From Lingula anatina (Eukaryota > Animalia > Brachiopoda), in the NCBI GenBank assembly GCA_051362555.1, contig CM120648.1, positions 11,218,587-11,282,586 on the forward strand: a stretch of DNA of 64,000 nucleotides, written 5' to 3'. The notes under the pieces were generated by a model that worked only from the letters and a program-made list of their open reading frames with translations, searched no databases and had not been told where the DNA came from. Within the stretch, counting starts at the first letter, position 1. Each line of letters opens with the position of its first letter. The translations under genes and the position numbers were made by a program. Shown piece after piece: positions 51,859 through 62,090 of this stretch.

Positions 51859-53424
51859 CTGGAATTTAGAAGAAAAAAAAGAAAAGTGAAACCAGGTTAT
51901 CAAGTACTATATGGGGTTTATTTGATTTATTATGTCGAAAATCCTCAAAAGCTGTGCTTCAATCTTGAAAATGATGATAATGGAATTTTTAAAAAATGTT
52001 AAGAATATTTCAGGTATTTCAAAAAAAAAAAAAAAAGGAAACAAAAGAAACAAAGGTAGGAATTCGTTTTTTCCCCTATTTTCTTAAGCCATTGGGAAAA
52101 ATAGCCTCACTTAAATATATCAAAAGGAAAAAAATTTTATTACAGATAAGTTCTAAACTTGCATGATGAGCAGTCATCACATGCCACCTATTTAAAAACC
52201 ACTTCCTTTACAATGAAAGCAATGAATAAATGAATGTATAGAAAAATAATGAATAAAGGAATTAGATTCTTTTGCACATGAGCAAAACCTTATGTACTTA
52301 AAGTCATGGACTCACACCAGTGAATTTAGCTACAGTCAATGTGGAGGTGATAGATTACAGAACTGAAAGGTGAACAGGTGTCTCTCGAACCTCTTGTCAC
52401 AAACACCAAGATAACAACATAAGAAGGTCAACATTACCGTATTTCAATTGTTTTATTTGTATGAGGTCAAATATTTTCATGGCTATGTCACTACTTGCAC
52501 AATCTTCAACTGGTGCTTGAATAAATTCAATTAACCATTTTTATTTTGCCATAGCAATAGACATGTACAGGTACTTCCTGTAAAATTTAATTTTAAATAT
52601 GAAATTCACTCAACTATTCATGATAAAAAATCTCAAAGGATCAATAGCTCTTTAAATCTGCTCTACTTGGGTTATCTGTTAAGTGTCTCAGCTTTCAATA
52701 TTCTGTTCTTTTAATTCATTTATCAACCCATTTTGTGTGTGGGCGACTGGAGTAGATTCCCTTACGAAAATTTCCTATAGGATTTCCTATAGGATATCCT
52801 ATAGGAAATCCTATAGGATCCTATAAGATTTCCTATAGGATTTCCTATAGGATCCTATAGGAATTCCTATAGGATCCTATAGGAAATTGTCCCTTTTTCC
52901 TATAGGATCCTATAGGATTTCCTATAGGATCCTATAGGATTTCCTATAGGATTTCCTATAGGATCCTATAAGATTTCCTATAGGATCCTATAGGAAATCC
53001 TATAGGAAATCCTATAGGAAATCTTATAGGATCCTATAGGAAATCTTATAGGATCCTATAGGAAATCCTATAGGAAATCTTATAGGATCCTATAGGAAAT
53101 CCTATAGGAAATCCTATAGGATCCTATAGGAAATCTTATAGGAACCTATAGAAATTTATATTAACTGCTTTGAATATTTTTACAGCTTTTTATATATTGT
53201 TGGAACTTTGGCAAAATTGGTTATAGGCACTGGTCCCTCAAAACAAAAGAGAGTATCATGTTTACATTTTTTATTCAATATATAAAAAAAATTTAATGTA
53301 CATATTCCACAGTATGGTATGCAACCAGCTTACTAGAGAATTGTTTCATAGATTTTTGCAAATTTAACGATGCTGCTCCTGCGTTTGAATTATAAGTTCT
53401 ATAAGTTATCACAAGGATCCAATA

Positions 53425-53655
53425 TGTCTTGTCAAGCTGTGGCGTCACTGTCTTTTTCTTGTGCGCGTTCGAACTCCTGCCAGAATGAGTGGCTAAAACC
53501 TCCCTTGGCCAGATTGTGTACATTGTCAGCATACTGCTTTAGTCACTTCATAATTGAAGAATTTCAGACAAAAGTCTTTTGCACATTGTTCAACTTTACT
53601 GTGATAGTCTTCTTAAACTCCGTCTAAGTTGTGTTGAACCATTTGCAGACGCTTT
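53425..53655 (-). pseudogene. Decayed BEN-domain-like coding remnant inside the transposon
   Basis: After a tttcag acceptor it reads SVCKWFNTT*TEFKKTITVKLNNVQK, resembling the BEN C-terminal helix. It then reads EVTKAVC*/MYTIWPREVLATHSGRSSNAHKKKTVTPQLD, resembling the BEN core. Stops and a frameshift are present. Recognised by eye only. Confidence 0.55.
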
Positions 53656-53976
53656 CTGAAAGAAAGACATTGTGAATTTCAATTAATTGTACATGTCTAC
53701 AAAAATGCAAAATGATGAAGGAAAAATTTTCTAATGAGATCAATAATAATCATTGCACCAATTTTATTTTGAGCAATTCATAGCCTTTATTGGTTAACTG
53801 TTTTTTTTTTCAAAGACAAGGTATTAAAGCTCGATAATTTGTAAAAAAAAATTTTTTTGAGAACTTGAACATATTTCATAGAACCAAGCCCACAGGAACA
53901 ATCAGAAACGAATTTTAAAATGCAGAAATCAGCAGTGGAGAAAACTCTACTCTGGTTAAATATGCAATTGGGCCAT

Positions 53977-54337
53977 TACAAAGCTGTCAGGGCCAAAAAA
54001 GTCTCAAAAATTCATGGAAAACTAATTTCCGAGGGTAAACAGTAATTCCCTATATTCTGACCAGTCTTTGCTTGACTTAAATCATCATTCCAAACCACAA
54101 AAAAAAAGCAACCCCCAAGTTAAAATATATAGCTTCCGTGTAAGCAAAATGGTCAGATTTTCACAATGCACATTTCATTTCCAATATGTATAGGTAAGCA
54201 AAAAATATTTTTAAACAAACTATGGTGTTTACCTCACATTTAGGGTTGAAAAGAAATTAAAGGAAAAGAAAACTTGGCAAATAAACGATCCTGAAGAACA
54301 TGTGAGGTAATGAAATTTGCCCTGACAGCCTCTCTAA
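53977..54337. mobile_element. Small MITE nested in the large transposon
   Basis: Inverted termini GCTGTCAGGGC(C)AAA ... TTTGCCCTGACAGC. The exact ends and TSD are uncertain. Confidence 0.5.
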
Positions 54338-55006
54338 CATGTAAATTGTATTTTATTTATTAGCATAGGTCTTTCTCAGTTATATATCATGATGGTTCCT
54401 TAGAGGCAGTTGTGGATAACATTAATGGATAATTTTTAATAAATCACAAACCAAAAGTTGAATGAAATGTAATTTTTTTTAGATTCAACTCTATTTATAG
54501 AAATATTTTGATGAGCAATTGATCACAGTTTTTTAAGAAATAAAGAGAATAAACAGTATTTCTTTGTTGGGTAAAAGGGAAGCTATACTTTATAAATTAT
54601 AACTTGTTTAATGTAATATAGATATGATGTTTACAAGGTACACTACAAATTAGATCAATTATCTCATTTTCAATTTGATTAGATGCCCAAATGATCCAAT
54701 GCATTACTGTAATACGTACCTTCCTCAATCTGAATTTTCTACACTCTGTACCCATCCACTATGCTCCTGAATTTAAACTGGCTTGATAGCTGTATACTCA
54801 TTTGCTGCTTGTCTCATATAAACAAAGACTTAGACAGGATACCACACATCTGATAACACCTAATAGGCGGTTACTGTTACTAGTGTAACAATAGCTACAG
54901 GAGTAGTGACCTAATAATAGGTGCCAGGCTAACAAAAGAAATTCACAGTTGTTGAATCTATGGTTATGGTTGGTGGAGTAGGGCATTCTCTAGCTAACAT
55001 CAGTTG

Positions 55007-55173
55007 CAGGCCCGTAGCCAGCAATTTCAAAAGGGGGGTTCTTTTTCTGAAAAAGTGGACCTTTTCCCATAAAAACTTCATGTACCTAGATCAAATTTTA
55101 CCCAGAGTGGACCTTTTACCAGCAAAAGGGGCGGTTCTTTCGAACCCCCCAAACCCCCCTGGCTACAGGCCTG
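55007..55173 (-). mobile_element. MITE family G (inverted copy) nested in the large transposon
   Basis: Reverse-complement homolog of the 47347 copy; AGTTG TSD. Confidence 0.9.
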
Positions 55174-55429
55174 AGTTGACTGTTAAATCTTACAAGTGAT
55201 TGAGCATAAAATTTATCTTTATAATCATTAATTTGTCCTTGTTCCCCATCCTTTATGAGGGACAGTACTATACCCTTAATGTTCACTTACTTTTACATTA
55301 TACAGTATTTTATATATTAGGCAGGATTGCACTTTCACTTTTTAAAACAGCCAAGGTCAAGTACAGTCTGATTAGATCAGGTTGACTTTCAATAAATATG
55401 AAATATGAAGTGAATACGATCACACAAAA

Positions 55430-56240
55430 AGTAAAAATACATTATATACTGATATTTAGACCAGTTTCATTATTTTTCATTCAACCTGGCCTTATAAAAA
55501 TTCACAATGAATATGGATTAACATAGGATTTCCTATATATAGGTTCCTATAGAAATTCCTATAAGATTTCCTATAGCATCCTATAGTAAATTTTGATGGT
55601 CTGAACATAAATTAAAAATCAAAATCATATACTGATAATTAAACCAGATTCATTATTTTTCATTCAACCTGGCCTTACAAAAATTCCCTATATGAATTGG
55701 CATAGGATTTCCTATAGGAATTCCTATAAGATTTCCTATAGGATCCAATAGGAATTTTTGTAATGGTCTGAAAATAAATTAAAAATCAAAATCATATACT
55801 GATATTTAAACCAGATTCATTATTTTTCATTCAACCTGGCCTTATAAAAATTCCCTATATGAATTATATTAGCATAGGATTTCCTATAGGTTCCTATAGA
55901 AATTCCTATAAGCTTTCCTATAGGATCCTATAGAATCCTATAGAATTTTTTTTAATGGTCTGAACATAAATTAAAAACCAAAATCATAAACTGATATTTA
56001 AACCAGATTCATTATTTCGGCCTTATAAAAATTCCCTATATGAATTAGCCTTGGATTTCTTATAGGTTCCTATAGAAATTCCTATAAGATTTCCTATAGG
56101 ATCCTATAGGAAATCTTATAGGATCCTATAGGAAATCCTATAGGATCCTATAGGAAATCTTATAGGATCCTATAGGAAATCCTATAAGATCCTATAGGAA
56201 ATCCTATAGGAATTTTTGTAATGGTCTGAACATAAATAAA
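55430..56240. repeat. Tandem repeat of about 170-270 bp units (4-5 copies) inside the transposon
   Basis: ATGGTCTGAA(C/A)ATAAAT recurs at about 55597, 55764, 55955 and 56221. Each unit has a CCAGATTCATTATTT-type core plus a variable number of CCTATAGG modules. Confidence 0.9.
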
Positions 56241-57068
56241 AAAAAAATCAGCTTCAGTGATTTGGTACAAAAACATTCCTAATGATAAAATATTTCTCCA
56301 TAAAAGATTACTTTAAAATGATCAATTTTTTTCAAAAATTCTTTAAAAAAAAATTACAGAATTTCTATAGAATCCTATAGAAGACTATAAGATTGTGCAT
56401 TATAAACAATAAAAAGCATTTTTGCTTTAATAGTGATATATAATTGACAATTCAACTGATAAAATGGACCTATATCAAATATCTATTGTTTAGAATGATA
56501 TATGTTTATAAAATATGCATTTTTCTCAAGATTTTAACTTACAACAATTTCCTATAGGATCCTATAGGAAATCCTATAGGAAATGTGCCCTATAGGATCC
56601 TATAAGATTTCCTATAGGATCCTATAGGATCCTATAGGAATCCTATAGGATCCTATAGGAAATTTTCGTAAGGGTTAGTCAACGGAAAACAAGCCACCAG
56701 CCATCATTAATATCATCACGTGCCTTTTTATCTATTACTGACATTGTTGATATGAAAGCACATGACAAAGTCGCTGAAATATGAAAACAATTTGACTTAT
56801 AGCAAAAGAAAGTTGCTGACTTTTGCTCTTAATTTTTATGTAATAATAATAAATCAATATTCAATATGTGTTGTTTAAAGACCATTTTTAAAGCTCGCGT
56901 TCTTCTGTATTATATGATTTAAAAATGAATAAAGAAATTGTGAAATACTGGACAGACAAGAAAGATCAACAACAACGAAAAATAAACGTGGATATAAACT
57001 ACTTTCTGCAATGTATAGATAGTATATATGAATAGCAGTGTATGGCGTCATTGTCAATGTAAACACAC

Positions 57069-57164
57069 CTTGCCTAGGACCGTCTCTGTCGTTGCTTCTC
57101 TCTTCTTTATTCCAAGATCTGCAAACGTGATCGGCCCATCCTGATCGTCGATCTGGTCATCCAT
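57069..57164 (-). CDS. Uncharacterised 8-TM membrane protein, exon 1
   Basis: MDDQIDDQDGPITFADLGIKKREATTETVLGK, then AAG|GTGTGT donor. Phase 0 matches exon 2. Confidence 0.8.
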
Positions 57165-57513
57165 GAGTGCTCTATGTGCCTATGATCTAATTTTAAAAAC
57201 CCATTGTGCAATGGTGAAAAAAATAATAAAATGTGTTGCCGTCCCGTCGCGTGCCTTTTACACCTCCCGTTGACCTACTTCCGCTTTCTATATCAAAAGG
57301 TGAAGGACGTTTGTGGATATAGGTCACACGTGTGACCCTTTTCGGTCTCCGATTTCTTATAAAGCTTTCCGTGTAAAATGATAAAATAAGAATTTGTTTG
57401 AGCAATATGCAGCCCTTTTTGTGTTTGTTCTATGCATAAGGATAAACTGATAATGAAATGAAAGCTAATATTATTTTCGGCATTTACAGTCTCGTTATCA
57501 AATCACCTTCAAC
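57165..57513. promoter_or_regulatory. Bidirectional promoter between the 8-TM gene and MICOS10
   Basis: The two ATGs diverge about 350 bp apart. The interval holds an ETS-like ACTTCCG and the perfect palindrome GGTCACACGTGTGACC; a YY1-like CAACATGGCG overlaps the MIC10 ATG. Confidence 0.7.
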
Positions 57514-57595
57514 ATGGCGACGGGGGACGTGAGAAGCGAAGACGAACTTGGGGAAAAATGGGACCGGTGTCTACAAGACGGTGGAATAAAAATTG
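57514..57595 (+). CDS. MICOS10: MICOS complex subunit Mic10, exon 1
   Basis: MATGDVRSEDELGEKWDRCLQDGGIKI contains the diagnostic SE.ELG.KWDRCL.D...K motif of Mic10. Donor G|GTAAAT, phase 1. Confidence 0.92.
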
Positions 57596-58188
57596 GTAAA
57601 TAACAGTTCAGTTCTTTGAACTATTAAGGAGGCCATACAATGGTTGGGAATGTATCATCAACGTTCTGCAAGGACGTAATTGCACTGTTAAATAAGTCTA
57701 TCGCCTCGGGCGACACGGCACTTGCTGACAGTTTTCCTTTATTTATCCGATCAGAACTATTTAATCCAGTTTCAAGTCGTATAATTTTATCGATTGAACT
57801 ATATTATATTACTGCACGTATTGTTTTAAGAAGTGAATGACTTGCTTGAAATTACAACTGCAATTTTAGAGTTACACTTATAGCGGGGAGGGGGGTGTAC
57901 CACCTCTGTCATTTCGATTCTCAATGCCTAGCAAGACAAGCAAGTTTCAACAGGGATTCCTTGATAAAACTGTCTTTTAGGACACTTGAATATAAGAGTG
58001 GTGATAGCACCAAGTTTAGCTGTTTTTATATTCTGTTAAAAATGAAGATATACATGCATGACACGTTGATGAAATTCCATTTAAGATTACATGCCAAGAA
58101 TGGACCAGTTTGGAATGTCCCATCTTTGAATAAAACAATAATATATCAAGTCTTTTAATGAGTTGTGTATGTTTGTTGTCAATTTCAG

Positions 58189-58236
58189 CTGGAAGCACAG
58201 CAGTTGGCTTTGTGTCTTCAATGCTGTTATGTAAAC
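58189..58236 (+). CDS. MICOS10: MICOS10 exon 2 (first TM segment, divergent)
   Basis: tttcag|...|gtaagt, 48 nt, phase 1/1. (A)GSTAVGFVSSMLLCK(R) aligns without gaps to Mic10 TM1 (GTGFGLGIVFSLTFFKR-type). Confidence 0.7.
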
Positions 58237-60698
58237 GTAAGTGAATTGCCATGCACAGTGTGCACAGACATTTTTTTTTATTTCAAACGTAGTATATTTA
58301 TCATTATGTTACTCATCTTGACAGTAGAAAGTTGTTGGCAGTGTTTGCCAGGTCATCTGGACTGCATCTTTGTCTTTGCCACATGAGGCAATGTTAGTAT
58401 TTTTAACGACTAGAAAATAAAGTTTTCAATTTCCAAAATACCAGCTCAGAAATACATGGTACTAGCAGTAATGCCTTTCCACTAAATATGTATAAAGTAT
58501 AGGCATATGTTTCAAAATAAACCATAAACTTACTCTTAACTGAGGTATAATTCGGATTATGCCAAGTGGTCAAAAGATTACATATGTGTGGATAAAACAT
58601 ATAATTTATTGTACCACCAGCGTAGGCGCTGGCGGTACCCATGGTTTTAGTCCCGACCCGTATGTTCCGCCGGCTCCTGCGGCTCCTGCGGCTCCGCCGC
58701 CAAGTCACTGTTACCGCTTCTCCTCCTAGACGGTAAGGGCCCCTGTACCCATCTCTTGGATTTAGGTCACCTATAATCTCAACTCGTTCCACGTAAAATT
58801 TGGGCTTTGTCGGTATTGGGGTCTAGGTGTGGCACTCATTGCAATGCACCCTTGTCTAAAAATGGCAAAATTAAATGCTAATTATCTACCCTACGGAAGG
58901 AGTTATGGGAAAAATTTCTACAGACAGCTTTCCAAAAGTCATATGTGTAGATTTCAAATATGCCCTTGGATTTGACCTTTGACCTTTATTTCAAGGTCAA
59001 ACGGGCTAAAATTTTCAAAAAAATGAAATTTTTTACGAAAAAAATTTTTTTTGCCCTGTTATTCAGACACCACACAGACTTAACCAATAATATTATTGGA
59101 AAGTGTTACCCTTCGGGTCATCTTTCATCTCCGTGAATTTGGGGTTAATCGGTGCATTTTCACGGGAGTAGCGGCCATAAAGTACCGAAACTGAAAACTG
59201 TCTCTAATTCGGGAACCGTTAATGCTAGAGACCCATTCTTTTTTGCATTTTGTAGAGCATGTAAAGCCCAACACTGGAGGTGGTCTCCATTTTTTTGTAT
59301 TCCATACAGTTTTCAAGTTATGCTGTATCAAAAAGTACATAATGGTGGTGAAAGCAAAATGTGCAGTACGGTAATGGATAATAGTCCATGAGCCAAATTG
59401 AAAAAAGGCCTTATTTAAGGATTTGGCTGCACCCCCCGTCAGGCAAAGGTTTTATGATTGATTCTTGTAGTTTAGAACCTGAATTTTTCATTTCTGCTTG
59501 TTTCCGGCTTGAAAAAGTGTCCGTTTGTACCGGAAACAGGCCAAATCCAAGATGGCCGCCAGTAAATTCATGTGTCAACTGTAAATACAAAAATTGATTT
59601 AAAAGTTACTTAACAACTTAATATTATCAAAATTTGCACTGATCACAAGTACTTTGGCCTACTTTGATTTTTCAGGCACTTTACGTTTTTCAAGATGGCG
59701 ACTGAATCCAAGATGGCGGCCATTTTCCTTACTTTTTGTGAAAAAATACAAATACCTAAATTTGAATTTTTTTTTTTATTAACCAAAAATTAGGAATATT
59801 TTACATGTTTTGATGTATTTGAATAAGTTGAAGTCTATATTTTTAATTTTTACCAGTTAATTTATCACAAAATTGTACATTTGAACACAGATGGCTCTAA
59901 TCCAAGATGGCCACCACATAAAATTGGCTTTTTGTTTTGATATGTCAACAAGAGTTTCTCAGTATAAAACATCTCAGACTACTTAATGGAGGATTTATTG
60001 CACAGGTCATGGTATGAAATGTATGACTGAATAATTTAAATTGTTTTGAGATTTTGTTCAGGGTATAAAAATCCAAAATGGCCGCCAATTTCTGAATTCA
60101 AAACGTACATTATTTTGATTTGCATGTTAAAAAACATTAAATTGAATAATTAGCAAATTAAAAATATTTATTTTTAGATAAATTTATCTGTATTGCAATC
60201 TCATTTTGCTTCTTGGACACTTTATTCTGTCAAAAAGTGGTTAATTTTTCTTCATTTATCATGATTCCAAGTTTGCCATTGATAAAAATGAACTGCACGC
60301 TACCCGTATGGACAATACCATATGTTATGAACCTTACGTAAAAGGCTATTTCTGAGCTTTATTGTTGAAGTATGGAATGGAATATATAACTGAATGATTC
60401 AAAATGCTTTTAGGCTTGTAGGTTAGGGTTGAAAAGTCCAAAATGGCCGTCAATTTCTGGATTCAAAACAAACGACATTTTGATCTGCATGTTGAAAAGC
60501 ATCAAATTGAATGATGGGCAAATGATTAAAGACTATATTTTGATAAACTGCAGTGTCCTTTTACTGTTTAGAATCTAATTTTTCCAAAAAGTAATTATCT
60601 AAGCTCCAATCATCAAAAAAATCCAAGATGGCCACCAACAAAAATGAATTTTAGGTAAACATGGATGAAAACACACTGTTGAGTCATAATTTTATACA

Positions 60699-60701
<3 letters not shown>

Positions 60702-60755
<54 letters not shown>
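60702..60755. repeat. (AT)n microsatellite
   Basis: Directly visible. Confidence 0.95.
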
Positions 60756-60758
<3 letters not shown>

Positions 60759-61311
60759 TGTGCTTAATAAGGTTGAGTGAATCTCAAATGCTTTGCCGTT
60801 TTCTTGAACAGAAATTGATGCATAACACACAAGGGACAGCAATTTTTTTCAGCAGCAACTATATAGGTTAGTAAAATGAGAATTTTCAATATTGCAGACA
60901 AAATGCATGCCCAAAATGCCCTAACAAGAGTGACGTACATCATTTACAACTTAAAGATCAATAGTTTGTTATATGAGTGGTGGGCTGTAAAATTTAATTT
61001 TCATATGATAGCACTTCTATTGTTACATTTCAAATGGACTTGGGTTACTGGTACATTGCTTGTTGAAAGTTCCCTGTCAAGCTTGACGAAAGAGCCAGGA
61101 TCTCAGTCAAAAAAGGGACTTACTAGTAGTAGTGATACGATTTCTCACATTCTGCTAGGTGTTGATCGTAAAGAAGAATCAGAATTATCCTAATCTCAAG
61201 CAACCAAAAGGTAAAATCTTTAATTTATCTGAAAAAAAGGGATGGATAACATGCAGCTGTAGCATTATTCTACATGTATAAATCCGGGAAGCAATCACTA
61301 TCATAAACTAA

Positions 61312-61537
61312 GGGTGCTTTCCCAGAAATTTAGATCGATCTAGAGATTAAGATTTAGATCAACCTAACTCCCTGGGGGTTCACGCTAAATTGCAGTCAGC
61401 CAAGCGGGCACCATAGTTAATTACCCCCTTACAGCTTTTAGTAGGCGGAACAGACGCTTAAGCCGGCCAAGCTGACAGTAATCTAGTGAGACTCCCCACA
61501 GGGATAGATCGATCTAAAAATCTATGGAAATGGGGTG
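61312..61537 (+). mobile_element. MITE family A
   Basis: Same internal sequence as the 16606 copy; TAA TSD. Confidence 0.88.
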
Positions 61538-61924
61538 TAAGACGTTGCACGAAAAGAAGTTGCAAGAAAATGTCTGGATCTCCAAGAACATCTTTTGTCT
61601 CTTTAGAGAACAGTGCTGGATAATAATACATTCAGGGAACTCATGAAGTGGTGCTGCAAAGTGAAGTACATTGATGGTGAATGATGTATGGCACATGTAA
61701 GTGACGATGAAGGAGTTCAAGCACAACATGACAAATGATGTTTATGATACAATGTATATATAGGTGCAGGTAATTCTTGCACTTCACGGATAGGTACTGC
61801 TCAATATGTTCCATGAATTCTTTTAAAATCCAACATTATTCTGTTGAGAGAAAAAATATTTGGAGATCCAAACATTGGAGAAACACAGACTAAAACAAAC
61901 TTTCTTAATAAACTAATTAACAAA

Positions 61925-62090
61925 TAGATCACCACCAAAATCTACTTACTTTTAGCCTAAAAAATGACCTATCCTGAACACTTCATTTAAGTCTATCCTG
62001 AAATTTTTGAGTTAGGCTGATAACAATCTGAGAAACCATAACAAATGGACAAGCGAAGGTGAAAATGTGACCTTCTCGGAAGAGGTAAAA
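61925..62090. mobile_element. Helentron-associated (HINE-like) terminal fragment
   Basis: TTTTTGAGTTA ... ACAAA-rich tract ... GGTGAAAA followed by the hairpin ACCTTCTCGGAAGAGGT and AA; an arrangement typical of such element ends. Confidence 0.55.

Larger units (their letters stand above)
52759..56674. mobile_element. Non-autonomous CMC/EnSpm-like (foldback-type) DNA transposon with TCCTATAGGA subterminal arrays, in intron 1 of the 8-TM gene
   Basis: Perfect TIR CCCTTACGAAAATTTCCTATAGGAT at both ends and a TT 2-bp TSD. Palindrome arrays lie at about 52770-53155, 56060-56215 and 56548-56662. The superfamily is inferred from the CCC termini, 2-bp TSD and subterminal repeats. Confidence 0.85.

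Noticed and set aside
52316-52362. AG...GTGAGT-bounded segment in intron 1 of the 8-TM gene
   Set aside because: Stops in all three frames; exon 1 joins exon 2 in phase without it.
52770-56662. Regular short palindromic repeats superficially like a CRISPR array
   Set aside because: No unique spacers, no cas genes, eukaryotic intron context, and bounded by TIRs and a TSD.
58403-58792. 129-aa minus-strand ORF with RRSRRSRR
   Set aside because: It derives from the 9-bp repeat and hairpin of a transposon end; no recognisable domain.
60876-61790. Coding-looking fragments in the loop of the large inverted repeat (e.g. DVARKEVARKCLDLQEHLLSL*RTVLDNNTFRELMKW)
   Set aside because: Interrupted by stops and I cannot assign a family. 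A BLASTX search would be needed; not supportable now.
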